A DNA stretch of 64,000 nucleotides from Hyalangium minutum (GTDB lineage: Bacteria > Myxococcota > Myxococcia > Myxococcales > Myxococcaceae), in NCBI RefSeq assembly GCF_000737315.1, contig NZ_JMCB01000015.1, forward strand, positions 62,001 through 126,000, in the 5' to 3' direction. Position numbers and translations under genes: made by a program. Shown in pieces: positions 29,794 through 39,656 of the stretch. The notes below the pieces were generated by a model. The model saw only the letters and a list, made by a program, of their open reading frames with translations, ran no database searches and was not told the DNA's origin. How positions within the stretch are numbered: the stretch's first letter is position 1; every line of letters begins with the position of its first letter.

Positions 29794-32718
29794 TCAGGGG
29801 CTGGGGTGGGCCGCCAGCCACTGCGAGATGAGGTCCTGCTTGGAACCCTGGCCTACCTGCTGCCAGTGCATCCGGGCCGCGGTGGCCAGCGTCACCGCGC
29901 GCGGCCGCTCGCCGCGCCGGGCCTCCCAGATCGCTCGGGCCAGGGGGAACTGCACCTCGGCGAGGATGCCTCCCTCGGGGCTCAGCTTCAGGGCGCGCTC
30001 CAGCACCGGCAGCGCCTCGATTGGCCGGCGCTGCGCCAGAAGCAGCTCGCCCTGGGCCATGAGCACGTAGGACAGATCCGGGTGGTCCTTGCCGTAGGCC
30101 TTCTCCTGGATGGCCAGCGCGCGCTCGAGCTTCTGCCGGGCCTCCTCGTACCGCCCCAGGTTCATCAGGTCCGTGCCCAGCAAGGTGAGCGCCAGGGCCA
30201 CCAGTGGGTGCTGAGGCCCTCGGGCCTTCTCCTGGAGCGAGAGGGCGTGCGCGTGCCGCTCCATTGCTTCCCGGTGGCGTCCCATCTCCGACAGCGCGTT
30301 GCCCAGGTTGTTGAGCGTGCTGGCCAGGTCCGGGTGGTCCTTGCCCAGGAGCTTCTCCTTCAAGGCCAGGGCCCGCTCCGAGTACTGGACCGCCTCCTCG
30401 AAGCGGCCCAGGTCGGTGAGCACCCCGCTCAGGTTGCTCAGGGCGCTGGCCACGTCCGGATGCTCAGGCCCGAGCACCTTCTCCTGGAGGGCCAGCACCT
30501 GTGCGAACCGCTCGCGCGCCTCCTCATAGCGGCCGAGATCCCGCAGCGCGGCGGCCGCGGGCTTGAGCGCCTTGGCCACCTCGGGATGCTCCGGGCCCAG
30601 GACCTTCTTCTTCAGGGCCAGCGAGCGCTCGGCCATCTCCAGGGCCAGCGGGTACTTGCCCATCCACCATGCGATGTGGCTCAGGTGCTGGAGGGAGCTG
30701 GCCACGTCCGGGTGCTCGGGGCCCAGGGCCTTCTCCCGCAGGGCGAGGGCGCGGGTGGCCTTCTCCCAGGCCTCCGGGTATTGCCCCATCTCCTGGTGCA
30801 GGACGCTCAGGTGGTGCAGCGCGAGCGCCAGCGCGACGTCGTCTTCGGTGGCCTCCGCCACGGCTTCGACGATGGGCGCCAGTGGCGTGGCCTCCTGCAG
30901 GCGCTTCTGCCGCACCCCCGTGACGATGAGGAGGTAGCTCAGCGACCGGGACATGAGCACCCGATCCTTGCCGCGCGCACTCTCGGCGAGGGCCTGGCGC
31001 AGGGCTGCTTCGGCGCCCTTGTAGTCGCCGGTGTCGTGGCGGAGCCGGCCCGTGAGGAACAGCAGGTGCGCGGTGAGCGGCGCATCGCCCACGGGCTCCA
31101 CCTCGTGCAGCAGCGGCTCCGCGGCGGCCAGTCCCTCCTTGTACTTGCCGGAGACCAGGAGCGCCTCCACCCGATCCTCCTTCTTCTGGAGGGCCTCCAC
31201 CTGAGCGCGGATGCCCGGATCCTCCGGCGGAGGCACGGCAGCGGTGAGCGCCTTGTCGTCCTCGCAGTCCTCGAGCGGAGGCAGCGACTGGGCCGCCTGG
31301 GCCGCCTTCTCCAGCAACTCAGGGTCGGCGCCTCGCGCCAGCAGCTCCGTGGTGGCGTGGAGCCGGCTGCGGCGCCGCTCCAGGCAGGACTCGCGCAGCG
31401 CCGCCAGCCGCGAGTTCTGCGCCGTCTGCTCCGCCTGACACAGCGCCTGGCTCTGCTTCACCCACCGCTCGGCGTAGCCCTGGAGGGCGGTGGTGACGCG
31501 CTCGGCGGTGGCCGCCGCGTACGGCAGGTTTGTGCCCAGCAGCGACTGGCGCACCCGCACCTTCACGGCCTCGTCCCAGATGCCGTCCAGCCGACGCGAC
31601 ACCTGACTGCACGTGGGCTCCTGCGCGTGCTGGCGGCCCCAGCCCCAGATGGCCAGCGCGGCCAGCAGCAGCCCCACCGAGGTGAGGGTCCCGGTCATCC
31701 GCTGGGCTCGGCGCTTCTCCTCGGGATCATTCGCCAGGGCCATGAGCAGCGCCTCCATGGAGGAGGGGCGCTGCAGGGGGTCTACGTGCAGCCCCTGGAG
31801 CACCGTGCGCGCCAGCCAGGGTGGAACGTCAGACGAGGTGGGCGGCGGCAGCAGGCGGCCCTCGCGCCGGGCGCGCGAGTACTCGGCCATGCTGCTGGCC
31901 GGGAAGGGGAGCTGCCCATAGAGGGCCTCGTAGAGCGAGACGCAAAAAGCGTAGAGATCGCTGCGGACGCCCGCGGCCTCCCCGCGCATCAGCTCGGGGG
32001 CCATGTACTTGGGCGTGCCCATCAGCGTGCCCGGCACGGTGAGGGCGCTGTCCCACGTGTCCGAGGAGAGCGAGGCGGGTACTTGCTCGGCGTTGGTGGG
32101 GCCAGGGTTGGTGCGTGCCAGCCCGAAGTCCGTCACCCGGACGCGGCCGTCCTTGCCCACCAGCACGTTGTCCGGCTTGAAGTCCCGATGGATGAGGCCC
32201 GCGGCGTGGGCGGCGGCCAGTCCCCGGCCCGCCGCGAGGTAGGCGGCCAGTACTTGGCGCCACGTGCGAGGCTGCTCGTCCCGCCACTTCCGCAGCGTCT
32301 GCCCCTCCACGTACTCCATGGCGATGAAGAGGGAGCCATCCTCCAGAGGCCCGGCGTCGTAGACAGCCACCACGTGGAGGTGGTTGAGGCGCGCCATGGC
32401 CTGGGCCTCGCGCACGAGGCGGGCCTCGCCGTCGCCGGCGCTGTCGCTGGCGTCCTCTTGGGAGCGCAGCAGCTTGAGGGCGATGCGCCGATCCAGCCGC
32501 GTGTCATAGGCCGCCAGCACCACGCCCATGCCGCCCTGGCCCAGCTGCTCGAAGATCATGTACCGGCCAGCGAGCGTCTGGCCTGGGGTGGGGATGGAAG
32601 AGAGCCAGGTGACTTCTTTTCCCGGGGAGAGCGAGGAGGAGGAGCGGATGACGGTGTCGGCCTCTGGCGGCGGGCCGGAGGCGGGGGCCGTCTTCGGTTC
32701 CTGCTCGGAATCACTCAT
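29794..32718 (-). CDS. Ser/Thr protein kinase with TM helix and TPR repeats
   Basis: GQGGMGVV, IALK, IHRDFKPDN, DFG; repeated LGPEHP.VA TPR units. Confidence 0.93.
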   Translation of the reverse strand: MSDSEQEPKTAPASGPPPEADTVIRSSSSLSPGKEVTWLSSIPTPGQTLAGRYMIFEQLGQGGMGVVLAAYDTRLDRRIALKLLRSQEDASDSAGDGEARLVREAQAMARLNHLHVVAVYDAGPLEDGSLFIAMEYVEGQTLRKWRDEQPRTWRQVLAAYLAAGRGLAAAHAAGLIHRDFKPDNVLVGKDGRVRVTDFGLARTNPGPTNAEQVPASLSSDTWDSALTVPGTLMGTPKYMAPELMRGEAAGVRSDLYAFCVSLYEALYGQLPFPASSMAEYSRARREGRLLPPPTSSDVPPWLARTVLQGLHVDPLQRPSSMEALLMALANDPEEKRRAQRMTGTLTSVGLLLAALAIWGWGRQHAQEPTCSQVSRRLDGIWDEAVKVRVRQSLLGTNLPYAAATAERVTTALQGYAERWVKQSQALCQAEQTAQNSRLAALRESCLERRRSRLHATTELLARGADPELLEKAAQAAQSLPPLEDCEDDKALTAAVPPPEDPGIRAQVEALQKKEDRVEALLVSGKYKEGLAAAEPLLHEVEPVGDAPLTAHLLFLTGRLRHDTGDYKGAEAALRQALAESARGKDRVLMSRSLSYLLIVTGVRQKRLQEATPLAPIVEAVAEATEDDVALALALHHLSVLHQEMGQYPEAWEKATRALALREKALGPEHPDVASSLQHLSHIAWWMGKYPLALEMAERSLALKKKVLGPEHPEVAKALKPAAAALRDLGRYEEARERFAQVLALQEKVLGPEHPDVASALSNLSGVLTDLGRFEEAVQYSERALALKEKLLGKDHPDLASTLNNLGNALSEMGRHREAMERHAHALSLQEKARGPQHPLVALALTLLGTDLMNLGRYEEARQKLERALAIQEKAYGKDHPDLSYVLMAQGELLLAQRRPIEALPVLERALKLSPEGGILAEVQFPLARAIWEARRGERPRAVTLATAARMHWQQVGQGSKQDLISQWLAAHPSP

Positions 32719-32787
32719 GCTCGGAGTGATTATCCCAGACCCCCGTCAAAACATCACGACCCCGCCCCACCAGAGGGAGCGGGCCTC

Positions 32788-34107
32788 CTAAGGGACCTCG
32801 GAGGCCGGGCCCGGACGCAGCGCAGCGAGGGTCCGGGCGATTCGCTCCAGCTCGGCCGCGTCCAGTCCGCTGGATCCGAGCCAGTCCTGGGCCAGATCCA
32901 GCACAGTGGCCTCATCCAAGCCGTCCGGCAGGCGAGCCACGAGCCCCGCCATTCGATCGCTGATGCGAGCGATGGCGGGCCGCAGCTCCTTGTCGAGAGA
33001 AGGAGAGGGGGCTCCCGCATCAATAGAGGCGCGTCGCTGCACCCCCTTCGCGGCGTCGATCTGCGCCTGGAAGAAGGCGTCGAGCGCCGCGTCCGAGGGA
33101 GGGGCTCTGTCCAGGGCACCCGCCGCACTTCGCACCGCCTCTCGTGAGGCTGCCAGCACCTTGGCCTCTTGAGGGAGATCCTCGATGGGTTTGCCGTCGC
33201 GCTGCTTGGCTGCGGCGACCCAGGGCATGAGCGCCAGCCGCTCGGCCGTGGCCGCCAGCAGGGCCTGCACGGGCAGCGCGGTGGCATCTCCGGCCCCGGG
33301 CCCCAGATAGCGAGCACGCAGCGAGCCGAGGGCTCCGTTGCTCTCTTGCGCGAGGAGCCATGCGTTGAGCTTCGCCTCCAGGTCGGGCCGGTCCGCGCGG
33401 ACGTAGAGGGCGACGACGTCCCGGGTCAGCGGCCCGACCCGCTCGATGCCCGTGAGACCCTGGGCCCAGCGCGGGGCCTCGAGGTTGTTGCTGAGCGCCG
33501 CGTGCGCCTGACCGGTGGCCAGCGCCTCCCGCACCGCCGCGTTGTCTGGGATGGCCAGGATCTGCGCCTGATGAAAGAGGCTTCGGGCCACGCGCTCCAG
33601 GTGGCCTCCTCGGTTGACCGCGACCCGCAGCTCGGGCCGGTCGAGCGCGCGCACCTCGGCGAGGGCGGCTTCGGGTCCAGGCGGGAGGGCCGTGGCCGGA
33701 GTCAGGGCCCAGCTCGGCCGTCGCAGCAGCAACACGGCGCCATTGCGGAGCACCGGGACGGTGAAGCGCCCGGTCAGCGAGCGCTCGGGGCGCACGGTGA
33801 TGCCGCTGTCGGCCAGGTCGAACTTCCCTGCCTCGAGGTCCTTCACCAGCTCCGGCCAGCGGAAGCGCACCCACGAGGGCTGGAGCCGGTGAGCCTCGGC
33901 GAAGGACTCCACCACCGCCACGGAGAAGCCGTGGGGACGCTCTTCCTTCCAGTCGCTGAAGGGCGGGTAGTCGCCACTGGTGCCAACGCGCAGCTCGGGC
34001 CCCGGGGGCGCGTGGCCTGGGCCTGACTGGCACGCGGCCACCGCGCCGAGCAGTACGGCCAGGGCCAGCAGAGACGGCGTCTTCAGAGAGAGACGGTGGA
34101 AGTGCAT
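32788..34107 (-). CDS. Lipoprotein fusion: cyclohexadienyl dehydratase (PheC)/solute-binding fold + AroQ-gamma chorismate-mutase-like domain
   Basis: Lipobox AVAAC; LRVGTSGDYPPFS, SGITVRPER, VNRGGHLE; then RLALMPWVAAAK..PIEDLPQEAKVL, FFQAQIDAAKGVQ, LRPAI. Confidence 0.8.
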   Translation of the reverse strand: MHFHRLSLKTPSLLALAVLLGAVAACQSGPGHAPPGPELRVGTSGDYPPFSDWKEERPHGFSVAVVESFAEAHRLQPSWVRFRWPELVKDLEAGKFDLADSGITVRPERSLTGRFTVPVLRNGAVLLLRRPSWALTPATALPPGPEAALAEVRALDRPELRVAVNRGGHLERVARSLFHQAQILAIPDNAAVREALATGQAHAALSNNLEAPRWAQGLTGIERVGPLTRDVVALYVRADRPDLEAKLNAWLLAQESNGALGSLRARYLGPGAGDATALPVQALLAATAERLALMPWVAAAKQRDGKPIEDLPQEAKVLAASREAVRSAAGALDRAPPSDAALDAFFQAQIDAAKGVQRRASIDAGAPSPSLDKELRPAIARISDRMAGLVARLPDGLDEATVLDLAQDWLGSSGLDAAELERIARTLAALRPGPASEVP

Positions 34108-34147
34108 AGGAACCCTCGGGAGCAGCCGGGTGATTCGCAGCAGTGTC

Positions 34148-35125
34148 TCACTCCTCGCGGGGAGACTGGGCCAGCTGGATGATTTCCTCGGGCAGGGTGC
34201 CCCGCTGGAGCGCTTCCTGGAGCGCCGTCATCTGCGCGGTCACCTCCGCGCGGGACACCTTCGCGCCAGGGCCCTGCCGCACCAGCAGCCGCAGGGTGGC
34301 ATGCGCCAGCAGCAGCGGCATCGCCGTGAAGGCCAACACCCCGTGCGAGGCCCCCGCGGCGTGGAGCGTGCGCACGTAGCGGGCCGCATCCACGAGGTCT
34401 CTCCTCGCGAGCGCGTGGACCTCCTCCAGCCGCACGGTGCCGGGCAGCCAGGTCCGGCCCTCCTCGCGGTCTTCCGTGGCGTCCTTCAGGATGTTCACCA
34501 ACTGCAGCGCCTCGCCGAAGAGGGGCGCCAGCGCGCGCAGCTCCGAGGCGAAGAGCGCCAGACGCGCGTCCAGGAGGAACAGCTCCGTCAGCAGCTCTCC
34601 CACCAGTCCCGCCACGATGTAGCAATAGTCGCGCAGCTCCTGGATCGAGCCCAGCTGGAGCTGCCCTTGCTCGGTGGCACCGGCCAGCACCCGCCGCATG
34701 CCCTGGACGGTGAGCAGCACGAAGCGGCGGACGATGGCGGTGGCCTCGGGGCGCAGCGCCTCCAGGTTTGCCAGGAGCTGAGGCGTCTGCTCCAGCAGCC
34801 GCAGGTAGTGGGCGTTCTCCGAGGGCCGGCGCTCCAGCCAGTGACGGACTCGCTCCGAAGCCTCGAGCCCTGCTTCCTTTTGCAGGAGCCGCTCGAACTC
34901 CTCCAGCGCCGCGCGGCGCCCCTCGCGCGTCCACGGCGCGGCATCCTCCAGCGTGTCAGCGACCCGCAGCAGCAGGTACGCGAGGCCCACCTCGCGCTGG
35001 AGAGGCTCCTGGAGCAAGGGAATGGCAAGCGCGAAGGTCCGGCTGGTGCGCTCGAGGTGAATGGAGAGCTCTGGGTCCGACAGGGGAGAGGGAGGAGGAA
35101 GAGGAGGCACCGGGTGTGGATCCAA
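34148..35125 (-). CDS. Squalene/phytoene synthase family (head-to-head prenyltransferase)
   Basis: SRTFAL, LLRVADTLED, YCYIVAGLVG, FGEALQLVNILKD..ED. Confidence 0.88.
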   Translation of the reverse strand: MDPHPVPPLPPPSPLSDPELSIHLERTSRTFALAIPLLQEPLQREVGLAYLLLRVADTLEDAAPWTREGRRAALEEFERLLQKEAGLEASERVRHWLERRPSENAHYLRLLEQTPQLLANLEALRPEATAIVRRFVLLTVQGMRRVLAGATEQGQLQLGSIQELRDYCYIVAGLVGELLTELFLLDARLALFASELRALAPLFGEALQLVNILKDATEDREEGRTWLPGTVRLEEVHALARRDLVDAARYVRTLHAAGASHGVLAFTAMPLLLAHATLRLLVRQGPGAKVSRAEVTAQMTALQEALQRGTLPEEIIQLAQSPREE

Positions 35126-35231
35126 GTCAGCAGAGTGCGAGCTGGCTCAAGAATTATCAGATCCCAGGCACGCCTTGGGCAGAGAGCAGGGAACTATGAT
35201 CAGACTTCTGCATTTGGGAGAGGAGCTCCTC

Positions 35232-36566
35232 ATGCTGAAGCCGCCGTCCGTCATCCTTGCCCTCGCGCTCGTTCTCGGCCTGTGTGGCTGTGGGGGCTCC
35301 AATCAGTGCGTTCCTTTTACGCTGCAGGCAAACACCCCCGCTGGGATGCTCCTGGTGGGGAAGCCCGAGGAACTGTTCGTCGGTCCCAGCCTGGACTACG
35401 CGGGCGTGTGCCAGTCGGTCGAGGGCGCGGCGATCATCGCTTCCCAGATCGAGGTCTTCGACCCAGACCAGCAGCCGGTGATGCTCGAGTCCACCCAGAA
35501 CGACAAGGACAAGACCGGCGTCACCCTCCGCTTCACTCCCACGAAGGTGGGCCGCTATCACTTCTTCATCGGCTTTGATCCGATCGGCGGCATCCAGCAG
35601 TTCGATCTCCTCGCCGCTCAGGACCGCGCCTCCGAGCCGCCGCTGCATCAACTGCCCCAGCGCTGCGAGACGCTGGAGAGCACCCGCAGCGGCGCTTGGA
35701 TCTGCGGAACGAATGTCTTCCGCGGCACGAACTCTCCGCAGCAGCTCCCCTTCGGCAGGGTGGAGGCCGTCGGGGACGTGGTGTGGGTCGTCACGTCCGC
35801 GCAGGTCCTGCGCTACGTGGACACGGGGGAGAAGCTGGAGCTCACCGCGTCCATCGCCCATTCGTCGGGAATGCCCGAGTCCATCCGCGCCACCGAGAAC
35901 GACGTAGCCGTGGCGCACACCTCCTCGATTCAGCTCTTCACCTTCGACGGGAGTACGCTGTCCCATACGGAGGGGACACGCTGGCTGTTCCTGGAGAGCC
36001 TCGGCCCCGTGGGCAGTGACGGCCCTCGGGGCCTCCTCTTCCGCACCGGCGATCGGCTGACGGCCGTCCAGAACCTCGGGGCCCCTGAGGCCTCCTTCCA
36101 GGCGTGCGCCTTCCAGCTCACCGCTGGCCGCTTCGTGCGCACGTCCGCGCCGTGCCAGTCGCTGGAGGGCTTCGTGGTGGGCTTTGAGCCCCAGTCCGTG
36201 TGGACCACCATCAGAGCGGACCCCACGGGCCCGCCGAGCATGCTGCGACGCCTGGAGTGGACTGGCGAGGAGTTCGTGCAGACCGCCTCGCTGGCGCTGC
36301 CCGACACGCTGAACCTCGCCTATCCGCTGAGGCTGCTCCGCTCTTCGGTGCTCCCCGTGCTAAGGCCCAACTTCCCGTTCGTCACGCTCCAGGGCCGCTC
36401 CGCCGTGCCGGTCTACGTCCCCGGGGATCCGCTGCTGCGCCTCATGCACATGGACGCGGAGCTCTCCAGCGTCCAGGCCTCGTCCTCCTTCTTCTGGGGC
36501 AACGTGATCAACGACCGTATGGACGTGCTGGGCTCACGCATTCGCGCCATCACGCCCTCGCCCTGA
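35232..36566 (+). CDS. Hypothetical lipoprotein (beta-rich)
   Basis: GAGGAG RBS before ATG 35232; signal ILALALVLGLCGC; GC3-biased. Confidence 0.72.
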   Translation: MLKPPSVILALALVLGLCGCGGSNQCVPFTLQANTPAGMLLVGKPEELFVGPSLDYAGVCQSVEGAAIIASQIEVFDPDQQPVMLESTQNDKDKTGVTLRFTPTKVGRYHFFIGFDPIGGIQQFDLLAAQDRASEPPLHQLPQRCETLESTRSGAWICGTNVFRGTNSPQQLPFGRVEAVGDVVWVVTSAQVLRYVDTGEKLELTASIAHSSGMPESIRATENDVAVAHTSSIQLFTFDGSTLSHTEGTRWLFLESLGPVGSDGPRGLLFRTGDRLTAVQNLGAPEASFQACAFQLTAGRFVRTSAPCQSLEGFVVGFEPQSVWTTIRADPTGPPSMLRRLEWTGEEFVQTASLALPDTLNLAYPLRLLRSSVLPVLRPNFPFVTLQGRSAVPVYVPGDPLLRLMHMDAELSSVQASSSFFWGNVINDRMDVLGSRIRAITPSP

Positions 36567-36588
36567 CGGGTGAGTTGTGGCTCGCGGC

Positions 36589-36975
36589 TCAGCCCACTTG
36601 GGTCGCGATCCACCACGTATTGCCCGCGGGATCCTTCACGCCGCAGCGGCGGTCGGGGTCGTCCTTCTGCTTGGGCTCCTGCACGGAGACGCCCCCGGCC
36701 TCCAAGGCGCGCCGATAGGTGGCGTCCACATCCGGTACATAGACATGGAGCCACACCGGAAACGCGGGGAACTGCCCCCCGCCGTCCGACAACATCACCA
36801 CCGTGTCGTCGATCTGCACCTCGACGTGCATGATGGAGCCCGAGGGGCTTTGGTAGCGGCGCAGCTCCCGGGCATCGAAAGTCTTTTTCAAGAAGTCGAT
36901 CACCCGCTGCGCGCCATCCGCCATCACATACGCCGAAACACTTGCATAGCCTTGCGGCTTATAGGGCTTGCTCAT
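36589..36975 (-). CDS. VOC/glyoxalase family protein (PhnB-like)
   Basis: IMHVEVQIDDTVVMLSD, HVYVPDVDATY.RAL.AG, RCGVKDPAGNTWWI. Confidence 0.9.
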   Translation of the reverse strand: MSKPYKPQGYASVSAYVMADGAQRVIDFLKKTFDARELRRYQSPSGSIMHVEVQIDDTVVMLSDGGGQFPAFPVWLHVYVPDVDATYRRALEAGGVSVQEPKQKDDPDRRCGVKDPAGNTWWIATQVG

Positions 36976-37183
36976 TTGCACGGCCTCCGGTTCTCCAGCC
37001 AATGATTTATCAATTCGGGTGAAACGCGCTTCTCGGAATGGACTGGTAATTCCTGTCATTCCGAAGTGCGTTCACAATATCAGACAGGGTGAGTAATCGC
37101 CTACAAAGAAGGCTCTTTTCTCGGTGTCTTGTTTTTTTGAAACGAGCGGGTAACACTTCTCGCTCGTGAGGGGGAGACAGCCG

Positions 37184-39541
37184 ATGACACTGCGTTCTGG
37201 ATGGAGTGCTTTCTTGTTAGGGGCTGCGCTGACAGCCATTGCCTGCGGTGAGCCCACGCGTGAAGCCTCTCCAGAGCCCTCGAAGAACCAGGGCTCCGCC
37301 GTCCAGAGCGAGTCCGTCAGCGAAGAGACCTCCAGCCCCGTTCAGTCATTGGCCGCCAACCCGCCGGTGGCACGCTGCGGCAACGTGTTGGTGAGGACGG
37401 CCAACACGTGCACCTTCCCAGCCTCCATCGACAATGGCTCCTCGGATCCGGACGGAGACCTGGTGGGCTGTACCCAGTCTCCCGCGGGCCCCTATGCCGT
37501 AGGCACCACGCCGGTGACGCTGACGTGCACGGACCGGGGCGGCCGCAGCGCTTCGTGCACGGGGAGCGTCACGGTGGCGGATGGGGTGGTGCCCGTCGTC
37601 CGCGTCAGCCCTCTCAACCAGACGGTGCAGTGCGCTCGGGGCGGCTCCTACGCCTACCTGACCGGCGTCACGGCGGATGACCTCTGCGAAGGAGCGCTGC
37701 CGTCCTCCAGCATCTCCTACAGCGGCACGGTGAACATGGCGCAGCTTGCCTCGTTCTCCGTGACGTACCAGGCCCGCGACGCGGCCTCCAATGTCTCCGC
37801 TCCCGTGACGCGCACCGTCACCGTCGTGGACACGCTGTCGCCGGTGCTGTCGCTGCTCGGCGCCGCGACCATGCCCCTGGAGTGTGGTTCGAGCTTCAAC
37901 GACCCGGGCGCCCTGGCCACGGATGTCTGCTTGGGCGTGCTCAACAGCGCCATCGTGCGCACCGGCACGGTGAATCCGAACGTGGTGGGCAACTACCCGC
38001 TCGTCTACAACGTCAGCGATGGGCGCAATGCCGCCACGCCGCAGACCCGGACCGTCCGGGTGTCCGACACGCGTGCCCCCATGGTGACGCTCAATGGCGC
38101 GCTGAGCCTCACGGTGGAGTGTGGGGGGCCGTTTGTGGATCCCGGCGCGACGGCCGTGGACAGCTGTGCGGGCGTCCTGCCCGCCGTGGCGATCAATCCG
38201 CCGGACCTGAGCCGGCCGGGCTCCTACTCGACTCAGTATCGGGCCACGGATCCGTCCGGGAACTCCGCCGCCACCGCCCAGAACCGCGCCATCACCGTGG
38301 CCGACACGCTGCCCCCCACGGTGGTGCTCCGTGGCCCGGCCGCCGTGTCCGTGGAGTGTGGCAGTCCGTTCGTAGACCCCGGCGCCTCCGCCGTCGATCA
38401 GTGCGCGGGGACTGTGGCCGTCAATGCTTCTGGCTCCGTGAACGGCCAACAGCCCGGGACTTATGCGCTCACCTACAGCGCCAGTGATGGGCGCGGCCAC
38501 TTTGGTTCGGCCACGCGCACTGTGTCGGTGATCGACACGCTCGCGCCCGTACTCGAGCTGGTTGGTCCGGATTCCTTGGAACTGGAGTGCGATGGCTCGC
38601 CCTATGTGGAACTGGGCGCCGTGGCCTCGGACGCCTGCGCTGGCGATCTCACGCCGGACGTCGTCATCTCCAGCAACCTCGATCAGTCCCAGGCAGGCGC
38701 GTACACCGTCACTTACAGTGTGACGGATGGCGCGGGGAACGCGAGCACTGCGTCGCGCCAGCTCACCGTGGGCCCCTGTGCCACCTGCCTCCCGGTGCAT
38801 TTGAGCGACTACACCCTGTTCCTCCAGGAGGACTACACCGGGGGCCACGACGTCGAGGGCAAGGTGGCCGCGGGCGGCAACATCTCCATGACGGACTTCG
38901 CCGTCGGCTTCGGGCTGCCGGACAGCCAGATCTCCAACACGTTGGTGGCTCAGGGCAACCTGTCCCTGGCTCGCGGCGGTGTCTGGGGTGACGCGTGGTA
39001 CGGCGGCAGCTACAGCGCGGACTCCGCGGTGGTCTACTCGCGCGGCGCCGTGGCCCAGGGCACGCCCATCGACTTCACGGCCCGCTTCGCCGAACTGCGG
39101 CACCTGTCCAGCGGGCTCGGCGCCCTGCCCACCACGGGCACCACCCGCCGCGAGTCCTGGGGCGGCATCTTCCTGACGGGCACCCAGCCCGCCGTGAATG
39201 TCTTCGACGTGGACGCCAGCGCCTTCACCGGCGCCAGGATGCTGTCCATCGATGCGCCGGCCGGCTCGCTGGCGGTGGTCAACATCCGCGGTGCCTCGGC
39301 CACCTTCACCGGCTTCGGCATCTTCTTCAGCGGCATCGATCAGCACGGCGTGCTCTACAACTTCGTGGACGCTACCTCCATCACCGCCCAAGGCTTCGGC
39401 TTCTGGGGCACGGTGCTGGCGCCCAGGGCCCATGTCTCCTTCAGCGACGGCAGCTGGGACGGCGGCATCTACGCCCGCTCGTTCACCGGCAATGCCGAGG
39501 GCCACCTCAACGCGCTGGACGATCGCGAAGTCTGCCCGTGA
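37184..39541 (+). CDS. Surface lipoprotein with tandem Ig-like (DUF5011/HYR-like) repeats and C-terminal choice-of-anchor-A-like domain
   Basis: Lipobox LTAIAC; about five RTV.V.DT..P...L.G....ECG..F.DPGA.A.D.C.G repeats; C-terminal DVEGKVAAGGN, VLYNF, GTVLAP.A. Confidence 0.82.
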   Translation: MTLRSGWSAFLLGAALTAIACGEPTREASPEPSKNQGSAVQSESVSEETSSPVQSLAANPPVARCGNVLVRTANTCTFPASIDNGSSDPDGDLVGCTQSPAGPYAVGTTPVTLTCTDRGGRSASCTGSVTVADGVVPVVRVSPLNQTVQCARGGSYAYLTGVTADDLCEGALPSSSISYSGTVNMAQLASFSVTYQARDAASNVSAPVTRTVTVVDTLSPVLSLLGAATMPLECGSSFNDPGALATDVCLGVLNSAIVRTGTVNPNVVGNYPLVYNVSDGRNAATPQTRTVRVSDTRAPMVTLNGALSLTVECGGPFVDPGATAVDSCAGVLPAVAINPPDLSRPGSYSTQYRATDPSGNSAATAQNRAITVADTLPPTVVLRGPAAVSVECGSPFVDPGASAVDQCAGTVAVNASGSVNGQQPGTYALTYSASDGRGHFGSATRTVSVIDTLAPVLELVGPDSLELECDGSPYVELGAVASDACAGDLTPDVVISSNLDQSQAGAYTVTYSVTDGAGNASTASRQLTVGPCATCLPVHLSDYTLFLQEDYTGGHDVEGKVAAGGNISMTDFAVGFGLPDSQISNTLVAQGNLSLARGGVWGDAWYGGSYSADSAVVYSRGAVAQGTPIDFTARFAELRHLSSGLGALPTTGTTRRESWGGIFLTGTQPAVNVFDVDASAFTGARMLSIDAPAGSLAVVNIRGASATFTGFGIFFSGIDQHGVLYNFVDATSITAQGFGFWGTVLAPRAHVSFSDGSWDGGIYARSFTGNAEGHLNALDDREVCP

Positions 39542-39656
39542 TGGGCGCACAGGCCCTCCATGCCGCCGGACTGTGCCTCAGCGCATAGCGAGGCCCACTG
39601 GGGTTGAGCTCCCCCCGCCTCCTGTAGGAACCGGCTCAACCTGATCGAACCCCGCT

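Noticed and set aside
39602-39641. 8-bp inverted repeat GGTTGAGC..GCTCAACC between convergent genes
   Set aside because: Long loop and no T-tract; not a convincing terminator.
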